DNA from: Deltaproteobacteria bacterium
GTDB lineage: Bacteria; Desulfobacterota; Desulfobacteria; Desulfobacterales; C00003060
Assembly: GCA_019309815.1 (NCBI GenBank)
Contig: JAFDFO010000004.1
Coordinates: 1-44,593 of the forward strand
DNA: 44,593 nt
Direction: 5' to 3'
Of this stretch, positions 43,771 to 44,593 are shown in pieces. Under the pieces are notes generated by a model. It was not told where the DNA came from. It did no database searches and saw only the letters and a program-made list of their open reading frames with translations. A program made the position numbers and the translations under genes. Positions within the stretch are counted from its first letter, which is position 1, and every line of letters begins with the position of its first letter.

Positions 43771-43798
43771 TTGACTTCTCTTACTCACCCAATATAAG
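43771..43798 (+). promoter_or_regulatory. Candidate sigma-70 promoter (TTGACT-16-TATAAG)
   Basis: TTGACTtctcttactcacccaaTATAAG, 45 nt upstream of the ORF at 43843. Confidence 0.3.
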
Positions 43799-43842
43799 CT
43801 TAACCATATTAAGGCAAGCTGTTCCTAATAGGGTTTATCGCT

Positions 43843-44337
43843 ATGGCATGCGAAGAATCACAGTTTATGAAAAGGAACCTGCCTCGTCTTCTAGACAGGT
43901 TTGATATTTCCTACTTCAAAGAGGAAACTTGTGTCGAATACTTCATCGCAGACAAAAGCACGGCAGCACAAATTTCTTATGTGATTGTCTTATCCCTAGA
44001 CACGACTTCAAGAGAGATCCATGTCAGCAAATTCTACCCGGAGCTCCGCAAAGAAGGCAACGCCAGGTACCTTTCTGCTGCCTGTTTTTATCTCGTCGTA
44101 CATCACTTTGCGCATGTCTATCATCTCGACGAGAATTACAATATTTCTCTAGATACACTTCCTGCCACCTTCGAGAGATTCTTTTCGCGGCTCAAAGACT
44201 TCGATTTCCATGTTGAAGGCATCAAGCTTTGCAAGACCGCTGAACTATTGAGCAAATTTCTCCCGGTAGACCTTAATACTTCCGTGATCAGGAAGAAGAT
44301 CATAGAGAATCAAGACGTACCCTTCCACGTCTGGTAG
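43843..44337 (+). CDS. Hypothetical protein (164 aa)
   Basis: Clean ORF in a visibly more AT-rich stretch. No family recognised. Confidence 0.4.
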   Translation: MACEESQFMKRNLPRLLDRFDISYFKEETCVEYFIADKSTAAQISYVIVLSLDTTSREIHVSKFYPELRKEGNARYLSAACFYLVVHHFAHVYHLDENYNISLDTLPATFERFFSRLKDFDFHVEGIKLCKTAELLSKFLPVDLNTSVIRKKIIENQDVPFHVW

Positions 44338-44479
44338 TCCTCGGCAGGAATTGTCCCGAATTCTCTTCAGTATCAACCTCCCCTTTCGAATGCGGAATAA
44401 GAAACAACTCTGGGCACTGGCAATTCCGCCCATCTATCTGAGAGCGCCTTGGCATTACATTACGATACTCTCTTTTTAT

Positions 44480-44593
44480 GGTTCTTCTCCAATTTAGTTG
44501 GAGAAGAGGGTCCAAGGATTCAAGGGGTCAAGGATTCAAGGGTTTGTTTTCTAAAGACTTTATCAGCGCCGTTAACATTTTTTCGATTTCTGC
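44480..44593. mobile_element. MITE-like element, copy C (left end only; truncated by the window edge)
   Basis: GGTTCTTCTCCAATTTAGTTGGAGAAGAGGGTCCAAGGATTCAAGGGGTCAAGGATTCAAGGGTTTGTTTTCTAAAGAC is nearly identical to copies A and B. Confidence 0.6.
44528..44593 (-). CDS. Four-helix-bundle protein (23S rRNA IVS protein family), 3' end only; the gene continues beyond the window
   Basis: The minus-strand frame reads ...AEIEKMLTALIKSLENKPLNP* with the stop at 44528-44530. It is homologous to the fragment at 14013-14177, and whether it is intact cannot be judged. Confidence 0.5.
   Translation of the reverse strand, partial: AEIEKMLTALIKSLENKPLNP

Noticed and set aside
1-44593. tRNA, rRNA, tmRNA, group II intron, retron/DGR reverse transcriptase, prophage or defence-island genes
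   Set aside because: I scanned the intergenic regions by eye and found no cloverleaf-like or rRNA-like segments. There are no RT, integrase, transposase or cas-like ORFs. A tRNAscan/Infernal run would be needed to exclude small RNAs formally.

Overview
The window is chromosomal DNA, about 50% GC, and its gene content resembles an anaerobic Deltaproteobacteria/Desulfobacterota-type organism. I support about 46 protein genes. Housekeeping genes include uvrA, rex, a split atpZ-atpI-atpB-atpE module, hemL, hypE and an EndoQ-like nuclease. A flagellar/chemotaxis and c-di-GMP regulatory stretch carries fliA, flhG, a sigma-54 activator, cheR, a histidine kinase and an RR-GAF-HD-GYP protein. A metal-homeostasis block carries a Fur-FeoA fusion, feoA, feoB, a second Fur paralog, znuACB and a third Fur/Zur paralog, with palindromic operators I could read directly. 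A clear lysine riboswitch with terminator sits in front of an unusually long DapA-family gene. I saw no rRNA, tRNA or CRISPR array. The best candidate for an undescribed system is a minus-strand cassette at about 36.85-39.2 kb. It encodes a small membrane protein and an unannotated 22-codon Cys-rich ORF. These are followed by a radical SAM/SPASM enzyme with a PqqD-like recognition segment and an extra Cys-rich N-terminal domain, then a cupin. This looks like an uncharacterised RiPP-type peptide-modification cassette. The second notable signal is heavy colonisation of the intergenic DNA by repeats. One family is a MITE-like element with terminal inverted repeats and 8-bp target duplications that carries remnants of a four-helix-bundle (23S rRNA IVS protein) gene; three copies are present. 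Several families of 7-8 nt tandem repeats form long hairpins right after stop codons, and one sits inside the znu operon. There is also a one-armed heptamer array of about 400 bp, plus GC-rich mosaic repeats that include a perfect 24-bp x4 tandem. A pair of cNMP-binding/PilZ paralogs flanking a stand-alone PilZ gene is also worth following up. All calls rest on reading the ORF translations and the nucleotide sequence by eye; no database search was run.
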